DNA from: Ochotona princeps
Lineage: Eukaryota
Assembly: GCF_030435755.1 (NCBI RefSeq)
Contig: NC_080855.1
Location: 24,722,445-24,786,444 of the forward strand
Direction: 5' to 3'
DNA length: 64,000 nt
Below, one piece after another: positions 46,200-57,419 of the stretch. Under the pieces are notes generated by a model that was given only the letters and a program-made list of their open reading frames with translations, did no database searches and had not been told where the DNA came from. A program made the position numbers and the translations under genes. How positions within the stretch are numbered: the first letter of the stretch is position 1; each line of letters opens with the position of its first letter.

Positions 46200-46960
46200 G
46201 GTGAGCTGTGAGCCGTCAGGGACCTGTGCAGGGCACACGGAAGGGGCTGGTGATTGCGGAGCCCGGTGCCCGCCCCATGTCTCCTGCCTCCTCTCCGGCC
46301 CCTCCTCCCCCCTCCTACTGCAAGTCAGGAACAGACTTTGCCCCCACCTCTGAGCTGTCGACAAGCAACAAAGTCCAGGGCTGTCCCTGCGCCAAGCCCC
46401 TCTAGCCCCTAGGCCACTTTCGGCCCAGCCCTATTCTGAACCACTCTAGCCCCTCTCCTCCCCAGAGAGGAGCTCTCCAGGGCCCCAACACAGCAGGAGC
46501 AAGAAGGGCCGAGAGGCCTGGTGCAGGGGGAGCTGGGGTGGGACTGTGACGTGGGTGGCAGGAGGCAGAGGGAGGAGAATAGCCGGAGTGCGCAGGGCAC
46601 AGGCGGTCCTGCAAGATTAGGAGAGGGGCTGGGGGAGCCGGGGCACAAGGGAGCAGGTGGCCCTGTACCTGCTGCATCCATGATGACTCGGGCTGCTGGC
46701 TGGCGTGTCCACTGCTGGGATCCTCTGACCCAGTGGTGGGGCTGAGGCCAGAGCCGGGGGTGGGGCTGCCAGAGGAAGGGGCTGGTCCAGCCGGCAGGGT
46801 CAGCCTTTCAGCTTGCTGGGCCCTCCCCCTGTCCTCCCTGGGGACCCTGGCACGTCCATGGCTTGGAGAGCCAGTAGCCCTGTTTCTGCCTGGCTCTGCC
46901 CAGAGCACCAGGCTGGGAACAGGGGAGCTGGGCTGTGCCCTGAGTGAGGGCTGCACGCCT
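46200..46960 (-). promoter_or_regulatory. QPRT: CpG island / putative QPRT promoter and 5'UTR
   Basis: GC- and CpG-rich, with GC boxes. Contains the QPRT start codon exon. The long minus ORF here is low-complexity Pro/Ala/Ser. Confidence 0.55.
46669..46681 (-). CDS. QPRT: QPRT first coding exon: ATG GAT GCA GCA G (M D A A, phase 1), donor |GTACAG; 5'UTR lies in the CpG island
   Basis: Joined to exon 2 this gives [18 protein letters not shown] (human MDAEGLALLLPPVTLAAL). Good Kozak context (atcATGG). A ~4.1 kb intron follows. Confidence 0.65.
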
Positions 46961-47044
46961 CCTGGGTGGGAAAACTGAAATGGAGGCTTCAGTTCTGCTT
47001 CCGTCCTCTTTGATGTCTAAACACATTTTAAAAAATTATTTGCT

Positions 47045-47345
47045 TTATTTATTTTCCGAAAGGCAGAGTTAAACAAAAAGAGAGAGATCTTCCATCTGCT
47101 GGTTCAGTCTGATGGGCTGCAACAGCCACAGCTGGGCCAGGCTGAAGCCACGAGCCTAAAACCCCATCCAGGTGTCTCACAGGGGCAGCAAGGACCCAAG
47201 CACTTGGGCCATCTTCCGCTGCCTTCCCGGGCATGTTAGCAGGGAGCTGAATCAGTAGTGGAACAGCTGGGATTCGAACCTGTGCTCATATGGGATGGCA
47301 TTGTCACAGGTGGCAGCTTAACCTTCTAAGCCACAATGCCAGGCT
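47045..47345 (-). mobile_element. C-repeat SINE, antisense
   Basis: …ggttcagtctgatgggctgcaacagccacagctgggcc…ggattcgaacctgtgctcatatgggatgg. Confidence 0.7.
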
Positions 47346-47539
47346 CTCAAACACTTTTTTAACCTTTTGAAATTGTTTTTTTCCATCTAAAATTTTCAAT
47401 TTTATCGTACAATTCTGTATAGTCTGGGATTGTCCTCCCCCAGTCCACCCTCTGACTGATTTTTCCCCTATTGTCACAACAGTACATTTTTTCATAAGAA
47501 GCTACAATTCCATCAGCCTGCTATTTAAGTGTGCCCCAA

Positions 47540-49215
47540 CATTGCTGCTACAGACAATGTCAGACAGTCCGTCATCCCATTGCAGTCCACCTGGGGGTTG
47601 GTCCCCAAAGAAAGCCTGCCAGACGTGATCCCAGACCTGACTCCTATGTGTGCCAGCCAGTGCAAGGTTTGGCTCAATCTGTCACCCACATCAACCTACA
47701 CACACACTGGTAGGTAGAGTCGCCAGTCAGTTCTGTGCCCAGCCCCATCTCATATATAAACCAGTGGATGCTATGGACCAGCCCATCTCTGCCCACCACA
47801 CACTTTGCCCTCACACATACCTGAGGGAACAGCAGCTCAGTCAGAGTAACCCCCAGGAATGCCCAGCAGGCTTGTCTCTAGCTTCATTTCCTGTGCATGC
47901 TGGTATATGCTGCAAACTGGTCTAGTCTATCTTGCATCCCATTTGCCTCTTGTACACATTAGTGGGTGTTGCAGCCTAGCTCAGCCTGACCCACCTCACT
48001 ATCCAGTCTGCATGTATGCAGGTGGGTGCTGCCATCTGTCCAGCCAGGTCCAGCCCCAGCTCTGCTTCTCTTGCTCACTGGTAGGAGCTGCAGCCCATCA
48101 GAGGGATGCCTACAACTTCCCTACTAGGCCCACTCCCAGCCCCATATCTTGCCCCTTCCAGGTGGTACTATGGTTCAGTGTGACAGGACTTGCCCCCAGT
48201 CCCAGCATTTGCCAGCAGATGTTGTGGCAAAGCCTGACCAGCCTGCATCTACTGTGGCTCATGCGTGCAGCAGTGGGTATGTTGCTTAGCCCAGCCTGTC
48301 TCTCCCCCTAAGAGCTCATACGCAGGCCCCTACCGGGCTTACCCCTCTCTCTTTCGGGGTCTTGTGTATGTTGGTGGGTGCCATGGCCAAGCCCACCTCA
48401 CTGGCCTTTGCAAGTAGGTGCTGAAGCCTGGCCCAGCTTGGCCTGTACCCAGTTCCAGCTCATGCTTTGGGTACTACAGCCTAGCCCAGTCCAGCCAGTC
48501 CCCATTCCTGGCCCTAATGTGAACCACCTAGTGTTATAGCCTGAGCTGGCCTGTCCCACACCCCTTCTCGTAACTGCCAGTAGGTGCTATGAACTGGCCC
48601 AGTACAGCCTGCTCCCAGATCAGAGCCACACATATGTTGGCAGGTACTGTAACCTGGGCTGGTTTGCTCCCGGTCTCAGTTCTTGGGTTCACCTGTAGGG
48701 ACTGTGTCCTGACAGAGGAGTTCCCCAATCTCCTCTAACAGGTCTTCTCCCAGTCACAGATCTTGTGCATTTGGTTTGGTTCTTGGCTTTGGCTGACTTG
48801 GCCCACTTCCTGTGCTGGCTACAGCAGCCTTGTCCAACCAGGCCACACCCACTCCGGCTCTTACTGTTAGATGCCACAGCCCAGCCCCATGTGGCCCATC
48901 CCCAGACTTGGTTTTCATGTGCTTCACTGGGTACCAGGCCAAGCCCAGCCTGTCCTACACCCACTCTGGCTCTCACAGGCACCAGTGGGTGCTAGAGCCT
49001 AGGCCAGTATGCAACATCCCAGACCTAGTCTACACCTATGCCGTGGGATACTTCAGCCATGTCCAGACCAATCTGTCACCCCATTCCAGCTCTCATGCTC
49101 AGCAGTGGGAATCACAGCCAAGCCAGGACATCTCCTTAATTCCCTTGCCAGGTCCACTCTCGGCCACAGATCTAGCACACTTTGTTTCTCCTTCTCTCTG
49201 TAAATCTGCCTAGCC
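47540..49215 (+). repeat. Composite repeat copy C (5'-truncated head + array), directly upstream of copy D
   Basis: Head 3' part (…ccccaaagaaag…cccagacctgactc…gtcacccacatca…) then the array. It shares the internal segment ctgtagggactgtgtcctgacagaggagttcccca with copy D (51130). Confidence 0.55.
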
Positions 49216-49218
49216 AAA

Positions 49219-49220
49219 TT

Positions 49221-49252
<32 letters not shown>
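49219..49252. repeat. (AC)n microsatellite, ~16 units
   Basis: acacacacac…. Confidence 0.9.
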
Positions 49253-49254
<2 letters not shown>

Positions 49255-49649
49255 GAGGCTACAGTCCACCTGGCTGTCCTCCAGGGAATCACAGAGCTTG
49301 GTGTCAAGGCTGTAGCTGGGCACAGCCCCAACTCCATTCTCCACTGGCCCTTGGGCATAGCTGATGCCCACTCGGGATCTTCTGGGCCCGAGGAGCGCCG
49401 TCCTGCCAACAACCCAGAGAGACTCTGCCCGAGCCCAGCACACTCGCCTGCCTACGGTCAGCCTGACCAGCTGCTTCAGGCAATTGAGCTGCTCCTTCAG
49501 GCAGCGTCAGCAGCCCATGGGGCTCAGGCTGGACAAAGCAAGGGATGGCCTGGGGCTCTGACATCAGCCCTGACCCTGGGTAGACTGTACACAGAAGGGG
49601 TGTGGGTTGGGGGCACCAGAAGGCCAGCTCCTGTATTTTTTAAAATTAT

Positions 49650-51500
49650 ATTTTTGACAATCTTTACATAGTTAATTAGGGTAAAAAGGTACAAGGGCTA
49701 TAGGAAAGTGGGTAAGAGTATTATCTCCATATCGTTTCCTTCATATATCTGAGGTAAAGGGAATATTGAGGGAGAAACCCCACCTAGTCTCCCACCTACC
49801 TCAGGTCCCGGATGTGGAGCATGCTCTGAGATACTTGCTCAAGTGGTTTTGATAGTTCACCAGTTATGAATCACTGCCAATCTCGCCACTCCAAGCATGA
49901 TGAGGTCATTGAAGAATCCACTGATTGACATAGTCCATCATAGAGTCTCCATTTGTCCAGTACTTCGCTGCCAACATATAGCTGAGGTGGTTGATTGACC
50001 TGTTCTGTCTTCCGTCTTTTCTTGGTTAGGGTTCTGAGTCTGCCATTTCGATTGGGGAGATCCCCAAAGAAAGTTTGAAGTGTTCCCAGACCAGATTCTT
50101 GTATGTACTAGCAAGTACAGGGCCTGCCACAGTCCATCGCCCTGATCAGCTGGTGGTTGCAATTGCTGGGTTGGTTCTGTTTTCAGCCCCGACTTCCACT
50201 GGAACCAATGGGTGTTGCAGTCCAGCCTGGTTCTGCCCAGCACATACTCGGCCCTCACATAAACCAGTGGGAGCTGCAGCCCAGTCAGACCGACCCACAA
50301 TAACCCCCACCAGGCCCACCCCCACCCTGGTTTACCAGTATGTGTAGCAGACTACTCCAGTCTGCCCCATATCCCATTTGGCTCACATACATGTCAACAG
50401 GCACTGAAGCTTAGTTCCATCTAACCAGCTCAACCATCCAGCCCTCACAGATGTTGCTGAGTGTCTCTCTGTCCAGCCACTCCAGCCCCTTTCCTAGTTT
50501 TTTGTGCCCTCCAGCGGGAATGGCAACCCAAGAGGGAGGAGCCCACTGTTTCCCTCCCAGTTCTCTCTCACTCCCAGACCATGCACTCTCCAGGTGGTTC
50601 TGTAGTTTGACTTGACAGAATTAGCCCCCCATGCCAGCTTCTGCCAGCTGTTGCTGCGGCCAAGCCCCAACAACCCTCACCCACTCTAATTTTGTTTGCA
50701 CCAGTAGGAATAATCCGCCCATCCTGGCTTTTCCCTGATCTAGTCCACATGAGGCGCACAGGTGCTGTAGCCCTGCCTAGTCTGGTCTGCCCCCATCCCA
50801 GCTCATGCTCTCCAGTGGGTGTAGCCGTCCAGCAAGGGAACCACCCCTTATTCCCCTACAGGCTCTGCCCTCTCCCTTCCTGGTTCTCACGTGTGCTGGA
50901 TGGGTGCTGCAGTCACATCTGGTACAGGCAACCTCACCCTGACATTCCGCATTGTGGACTGGTTTTTGTTGCGACCTAACCCGGCCCGACCCACACTCTG
51001 TTCTGGTGCTCGGATTTGCCAATGGATGATGTGAACTGCTTCAGCTTGGTCTGCCCTTGACCCATGCCAAATGTATGCCAGTGGGAAACTTTCCATGGCC
51101 TATTCTGGGCTGTTTCCTATCATGCTTCTTGCACTTACCTGCAGGGACTGTGTCCTGCCAGAGGAGTTGCCCAGGCTCCTCCATCAGAACCCTCCCAATG
51201 CCAGATTTTGCGCATAACAGGGGTCCATGAGCCAGCCCTACTCAGTTCACCTCCTGTCCTAGTAGGAACAGTGGCTTGTCCTGACTGGCCTTCAACCCAA
51301 GCTGGTTCCTGCTGTTGGATGATTCAGCCCAGCCATGGCTCGTCCGTACCCACATACAGCTCACACATGGCTCAGTAGGGGCTGAGACCTAGCCTAGTCC
51401 GTCCCACATCTACTCTGGTCCTCCAGGACACCAGACGGTGTTGGGGTCTGGCCGGCTTGGTGCGTCCAGTCCCAGTCCACACTTGTGCCAAGGGAAACTA
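49650..51500 (+). repeat. Composite repeat copy D (full head + array)
   Basis: Head ctttacatagttaattaggg…ccatcatagagtctccatttgtccag… then the ~75 bp array to ~51480. Confidence 0.6.
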
Positions 51501-51639
51501 AAAGTGTTTCCTGACCAGAATGACAGCTTCTGTATTTTTAATACTGATGCTTAGGCACACTGGGAAAAAGATGATTCATTTAGGGGCTTTTCGGGCCTTG
51601 GTGGGAGCCTCACTTGGGGAGGGGGAGGGGCACAAAGAG

Positions 51640-51760
51640 GACCAAGGAGCCAATGGGTTTCAGAGGGGCAGAGGACGGAACACTGGGCCTGCTGTCTCCA
51701 GGCAACCCCATTGTCTGCTGCCTATATAAAGCCCCAGCATGCCTTGCTCTGGCAACACTT
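51640..51760 (+). promoter_or_regulatory. Promoter-like module: GC box (gggagggggagggg ~51617), CCAAT box (agccaatggg ~51652), TATA box (ctatataaag ~51723)
   Basis: Canonical spacing CCAAT to TATA is ~70 bp. It lies upstream of the ORF 51989..52417. Confidence 0.4.
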
Positions 51761-51988
51761 GGTGGGATTGTCAGACCAGTTTAGCACCCCGCACACAAAC
51801 ACGTCCTGGCGATAAGCTGGCCTACGCTCCAGCGTACACAGCTTTCTGGGACTGCTAGGATGTCCCATGGCTCTACTTTGGAGCTATGTTTTATATTTTG
51901 TTGAAGTGGTGCTGAGGAGGGACGTGAAAGAACATCAAGATGAGACTACGGCATTTTGCTGACAGAGCTCTGAACACTGTTCCAGATC

Positions 51989-52417
51989 ATGGAACAGAAG
52001 AACAAATTATTAGCCGATTATCAGAACACCTTAAAGGAGAAAGATGCCAAAATAAGAGACCTCCACACAAGGCACACAGCTCTGTTGAGCGACCGAGAGA
52101 AAATGGAGCCTCTCACTGATCCTATAGACGGGAATTCCAGCGCCGACAAGGTACCATCCGCTGCAGTGAAACACACCATCCAGAAACTGCCAGCAGAGTT
52201 GGCAAAGGAAGTTCCCCAAATCCTCAAAACTCGTGACCAGTCTAATTCAACAACAGGAGATGCCTTAAGTCAGCTCCAAGGTTTGGGAGAGGCCTCCAAC
52301 AAATCCTCAGGAGAAGGAACATGTGTCACCTGGAGAGAGCCTTTGAAAGACCTCCATGAGGAATTGAAGAGCCTGAAAAGATCCTTAGTGGCCAAAGACG
52401 AAATATTGTTAAGATAA
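51989..52417 (+). other. Unassigned intronless ORF, 142 codons (MEQKNKLLADYQNTLKEKDAKIRDLHTRHTALLSDREKMEP…LHEELKSLKRSLVAKDEILLR*). Possible first exon or retrocopy fragment.
   Basis: ATG-initiated, AT-richer than its surroundings, not a repeat. It is ~230 nt downstream of the TATA/CCAAT module, ends 8 bp before a SINE, and has a possible internal donor GACAAG|GTACCA (~52148). No homolog recognised from memory. Confidence 0.3.
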
Positions 52418-52429
52418 AGATAAACAGAG

Positions 52430-52660
52430 GGACCCGGCACAGTAGCCTAGAGGCTTAAGTCTTCGCCTTGCACCTGCCAGGATCCCATATGGGTCCCAGT
52501 TCATATCCTGGCTGCTCCATTTCCCATCTAGTCCCTGCCTGTGGTCTGGGAAAGCAGAAGACGGCCCAAAGCCTTGGGACCCTGTACTCACATGGGAGAC
52601 CCAGAAGAAGCTCCTGGTTTCATATCAGGCCAGGCCAGGCTATAGCATCCGATGGCAAAG
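52430..52660 (+). mobile_element. C-repeat SINE, sense, 3'-truncated
   Basis: gggacccggcacagtagcctagaggcttaagtcttcgccttgcacctgccaggatcccatatgggtcccagttcatatcctggctgctccatttcccatc. Confidence 0.8.
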
Positions 52661-55010
52661 GCTAGGTGATGGGTTATGCTGGAATGGGTTGGAGCAACCT
52701 CCAGGCATATGCAAGATCTGTGGCTGGGAGCAGGCCTGTTTGGGGAGCTAAGGGACACTCCAACTGGGCTGTGGTACCCACTGGTGAGTGTGAAAGCTGG
52801 AATGGGGGTGATGATCTGGGCTGGACATGGCTACAACATCCCTCAGCATGAGTGTGAACCGGGTCTGGGATGTGCCAGACTGGTCTAGGCTCCAATACCT
52901 GATAGTCTCATAAGAGCCAAGGTGGATGTAGAACAAGCTGGATAAGATCTCTGCACCTGCTGAGCCATGAGAGAGCTAGGTCTGGGAGTGTGCCATGTGG
53001 ATCTGGACACCCAATGATAAGAGCTGCAACAGGTGTGGGCTGTTCAGGCAAGGCCATTGTATTGCTGGGACAGGAGGTGGGCCAAGTCAGGCTAGGTCAA
53101 GAATCTACCCATGTGTAAGAAATCTGCAACTGGGAGGTGACATGCTAGAGAAACTTGAGGAACTCCTCTGTCAGGCACAGTGCATGCAAGTAAGTGTAAG
53201 AACCAAGGCTGGGAGTAGCCCACATCAAGGCCAGGTTACAGTACCCACTAGCATACATGTAGGTCAGGTCTGAGGGCAGACCAGGCTCAGCCAGTTCATA
53301 AAACCAACTAGCATTTATGAGAAACAGGGTGGGATGCAGGACAAGCAAGGCTGGGCCACAACACCCACCAGTTTACATTAAGGTCGGGACTGGGGGATGG
53401 TGAGCTGGACTAGGCTTCACACCTGCCAGTATGAGCTGGAAGTGGAAGTAGACTGGCTGAGCCAGGCTGTAGCACCTGGTGGTGAATGCCAAGGTGAGGT
53501 GAGTCATGCCGATCTGGGACACAGCTCCCACCAGCACTCATAAGACCCCAGAATGGGGATAAGCCCGGTAGGGGGGTTTTGGGGGCTATCCTGCTGGTGA
53601 ATATGACAGCTGGAACTGGGGCAGACCAGACTAGGCAGGGCTACAAAAGCCACTGACCTGCATATGAGCTGGGTTAGGGGGAGAGACAGGCTGAGCTAAG
53701 CAACCGTATCTACTGGTGTACCATATCTAAGTATAAGTGGGGGCTGGTCAGGCTCTGCCGCAGCATCAGCTAGCAGGTTTTGGGACTAGGGGCAAGTTCT
53801 GTCAGGCTAGACCACAGAACCACCTGGAAAGTGCAAGATCTGAGGCTGAGCATGGGACTAGTAAGTAAGGAAACTGTGGGCAACTCTCTTATATGCTGCA
53901 GCTCCCACCAGTGAGTATGAGAACTAGAGATGGGGCAGGCCTGGCTGAACAAGCAGGCAGTGTGAGCTGGATAGTGAGGTCAGTCAGGCTGAGTTAGGCT
54001 TCAATGCCCAATGATGTGTACAAGAGCTGAATGGGATGCGAGACAAACTGGACCAGTTTGCTGCACATACCAGCATGTACAGAAAGCAGGGCTGGAGGCG
54101 GACCTGGTAAGGGTTATTGGGGGTCATTCCAACTGGGCTGCAGTTCCCACTAGTGTGCATGAGGACAAAGTATGTGGTGGGCAGGGATGAGCCTGGTTGT
54201 AGCATCCATTGGTTTGTATTTGAGATGGAGCTAGGGACAGAACTGACCCAGCAACTGCAACCACCAGTGTTTGAGTAGGTTAATATGGATGTTGTACTGA
54301 GCCAGACCCCACACTGGTTGGCACACACAGGAATCAGGTTGGGGTCACCCCTAGGAAGATTTTTTGGGGGGAACCACCTCCCAACTGGATCACTGGACTC
54401 AGAACTCCACCATGGTGAAAATCACAGGGTCTGTGGTCTGACCGAGCAGCACATGAGTCAGAACTGGGTCTTGTTCATTGCTGAGGCCTGTGCAGTGGAC
54501 AGCATACCCAGAATGCACCTGGGGAACATGACAACCATCCATTGAAGGCCTGCAGAAATGTCTAGTACCATGGATGGCAGTATAAATCGAACAGCTCTCC
54601 CAGCCAAGTTTTGACAGCGAGAATCTGAGCAAATCAAGACTCTAGGGTGGATTATGTCAGCCAATGCACCTCGGAAGGATTTCCTCAACCTTGGGGCAAC
54701 GAAATCAACAGCATCTCAGAACGATCAAAACCGGTTAACGAATATCCTCGAAACATGCTCCTTATCGGGGCTCCTGGGATGTTACCGAGTGCTCATCCCC
54801 CATCCGCCGGCACTGATTTGGTTGGGCTGCCGAGGAAGGGCCTTCTCTCCCCCACACCCCCAGATATAAGAAGAAAAAAGGAGATTGGGAACAATTGTCT
54901 CATCTACTTACTTATACCTCTACCCTCCCCACCGTAGTCAGTGGTCCACAGGCATGTATCCCTCCTAACTATGTAAACATCATAAAAAATAAAATGAATT
55001 TATTATTTAA
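52650..55010 (-). repeat. Composite repeat copy E in inverted orientation (array 52650-54300, head 54300-54990)
   Basis: Reverse complement of the head is clear (…ctgtggtctgaccgagcagcacatgagtcagaactgggtc… vs copy B). The terminus …cctaactatgtaaacatcat matches the head start ttacatagtta in the + copies. Confidence 0.6.
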
Positions 55011-56303
55011 CAATAAGAGAAAACGGATCAAAGATATGAAAATTTTAAAAAAGATTAATCACTTTCTTTTGTTTGCAACAAACATGGTATTACAAGCACT
55101 TCCGCAGTGGTCACCTGGCTTTCAAAAACATAATTGTGAGTGATCTTGACAAGTATGGGAAGTCATGTGCAGCCATTGCCATAACTGACGTATTTAGTCC
55201 GATCACCATCTTCTGTGCTTCCTACTTGTTTCTCTCAGTCCTGCTCTTTGAAATCTTAGAGCATCTACCTTGGCTCTGGTTTTCACTCATCCAAATGAAC
55301 TTGAACATGGAATTCCAGGCAGCACAGTAGCCACCAGGAATATAACAGCGACGGAGGCAAAGAGCTCACCAGCTGCCCCGCCCCTCTGCCCCCATCCCAC
55401 CATCACTCCCTTCGGAAGTGTGGTGTGAGTCTCTATTTCAATATTTACAGTACATTTCATATTTTCTTTGCCCTGAAATCCCAGACCACCCCACCACCAT
55501 CACCCACCCTGCTTCCTTCAGCACCTAGAAACCAGCCACAGCAGACAGGCAGCACCGGGGCAGAGGAGGAGCTGCTGGGCTCCCAGCACAGTCACTGGAG
55601 CTGCCAAAACTGAAATGGTGACACTTGGTTTGGTAAATGTCAACCACGAGTTGCGGTAGGTCCAAGGGACTTTTCCAGCTTACTTCTGCTATGCAAATAA
55701 ACACACCATGTGAGAACTAGGGGAAGGTGGCCAGCGCTTTACCCGCTGCCCCTGGGGTGCCTACCCCAGCTAGCAGGAGGCCAGTTTGCTCCAAGGCTGG
55801 GCCCCACAGGGTTGAGGCAAGTGGACCTGAGGCCTCTTCTACCCCCTTGTCTCCCCTTCTAGCTCTCGCTGTTCCTCAGTCTGACCACCTGGTCCTCCTA
55901 AGAAGCCTCCAGGCTTTCTAGGTTAGTTGGAATACTGGTGTGATACCAATTACTCTGTCTCAACAACTTCCTCTTTGCAAATTTCCTCTGGGTCCTGGGC
56001 AGCTAGCAAAGTCCTCTGGCCCACATCATATCCCGGCGGCTCTCAGCATACCCCGGGGAAGGAGGTGGGGGGATGATCTTAGTCTCTCCTCACTAGTTCA
56101 GAAACACCCCCCCCCCCATGGCCTGACAACTCCAGCTTCTTTCCTCTCCTGGTTGGCCTTCTCACTGCTTGCCCTAGGAGGAGGGAGAGAGGTCAGCTCC
56201 TGAAAGCACAAAAAAGGCAGCCAGACCAACAGCAACCTGAGCATCTAAGAGAGGCAGGGTCCCACAGCACTGAACCCCCACTGCAGGCTGCCTCCCTGCC
56301 TCT

Positions 56304-56350
56304 GTGTGTGTGTGAGTGTAACAGTGTGTGTGTGTGTGTGTGTGTGTGAA
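56304..56350. repeat. (GT)n microsatellite, interrupted
   Basis: tgtgtgtgtgtgagtgtaacagtgtgtgtgtgtgtgtgtgtgtg; a second (TG)n(CG)n tract lies at ~56541-56570. Confidence 0.85.
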
Positions 56351-57419
56351 GGATGTATAAGTGTGAGGGTGTGTAAATGTGAAGCTGTGTGTATATGTCA
56401 GTGAGGGTGTGTGTGGGTGCTGGTGTGCACTGGCGCGTGGAGCCTTTCGAGGAAGGGGGACGAGGCTGCGCCAGGAAGCCTGTACTTGGGTCACACCTGC
56501 GGAGTATTAACCTTTGGCATTGTATGACCTTGGGCTATGGTCTTTGTGTGTGTGTGTGTGTGCGTGCGCGCGCTACTGGCTCTCGGCAAAAACAAGGACA
56601 CACAAACTCTCAGCAGAGGAGGGAGGGCACCCTGAGACCCACATCTGTTGGCCACTGCAACCCCTTCCTGCCCACCCCCCATCACCCCGACACCCTATGA
56701 CTCATTGCTCCCCTCCACAGGGGGGAAATTGTCAGCCTGCCCAGACCACACTCAGGAATCAACCCACACAGAGGGACACTGCCTGCCCAGAGCTTCTGAA
56801 AACGACACCTGGCCAGGAACTCCCGCCCTCTGCCCTCAGAAGGAGGAAGCGTCAGCCTGCCCCCACCTTAGTCCAGGCCTGGAGGACAGAGTGGGGGGCG
56901 TGGGGGCTGGGGCAGGGACAGGGACCAGCCCAGAGTCTGGGAAAGCTACATGCCCACGGGCCTCAGGCTGGCCACGGGCCCAAGGACTCCAAAGAAGATT
57001 ATGGCTGGGGCAGGGTAGGGGGGCGGTCAAGAACTTTTCAAAGCTCATTCCCCATGGCAGTTCATGTGTGGGCCCTTTCGCCTCTTTCGCACACTCTGGA
57101 CTCCCTCCTGGGGGAGGAGGGATGAGGAAGGGGAGGGTTTTCTGAGAAGTCCAGATCGTCGATCCCCTGGATTGACTCCAGAGAAAGACGGGCAGAAAAG
57201 TGATGGGAGACATGGGACTTCGGAAAAGCCATGGGGGGCCATCCCAGCTAAGGGGCTGGTTACAGGGATTTGCCTGCAGGGGTGGGGTGGGAGGGAGCAA
57301 GACTCCAGGGTGGTAACACCTGGAGACGCCTGGTGAGGGAAAGGTTGGAAGTAACAGTAGCAGGGGAGGTGGAGAGGTAGGGGCGTGGGGAAGGGCAGCG
57401 AGCTCCAGCACCCGCTCAT

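Noticed and set aside
46402-46956. 184-aa minus-strand ORF (MQPSLRAQPSSPVPS…) in the GC-rich region
   Set aside because: Low-complexity Pro/Ala/Ser/Gly translation typical of an open frame through a CpG island. It overlaps the QPRT exon 1 region in another frame, and no homology was recognised. Treated as non-coding promoter/5'UTR sequence.
56174-56700. ORFs with HTHTHT / CVCVCV peptides
   Set aside because: Translations of (GT)n/(TG)n microsatellites.
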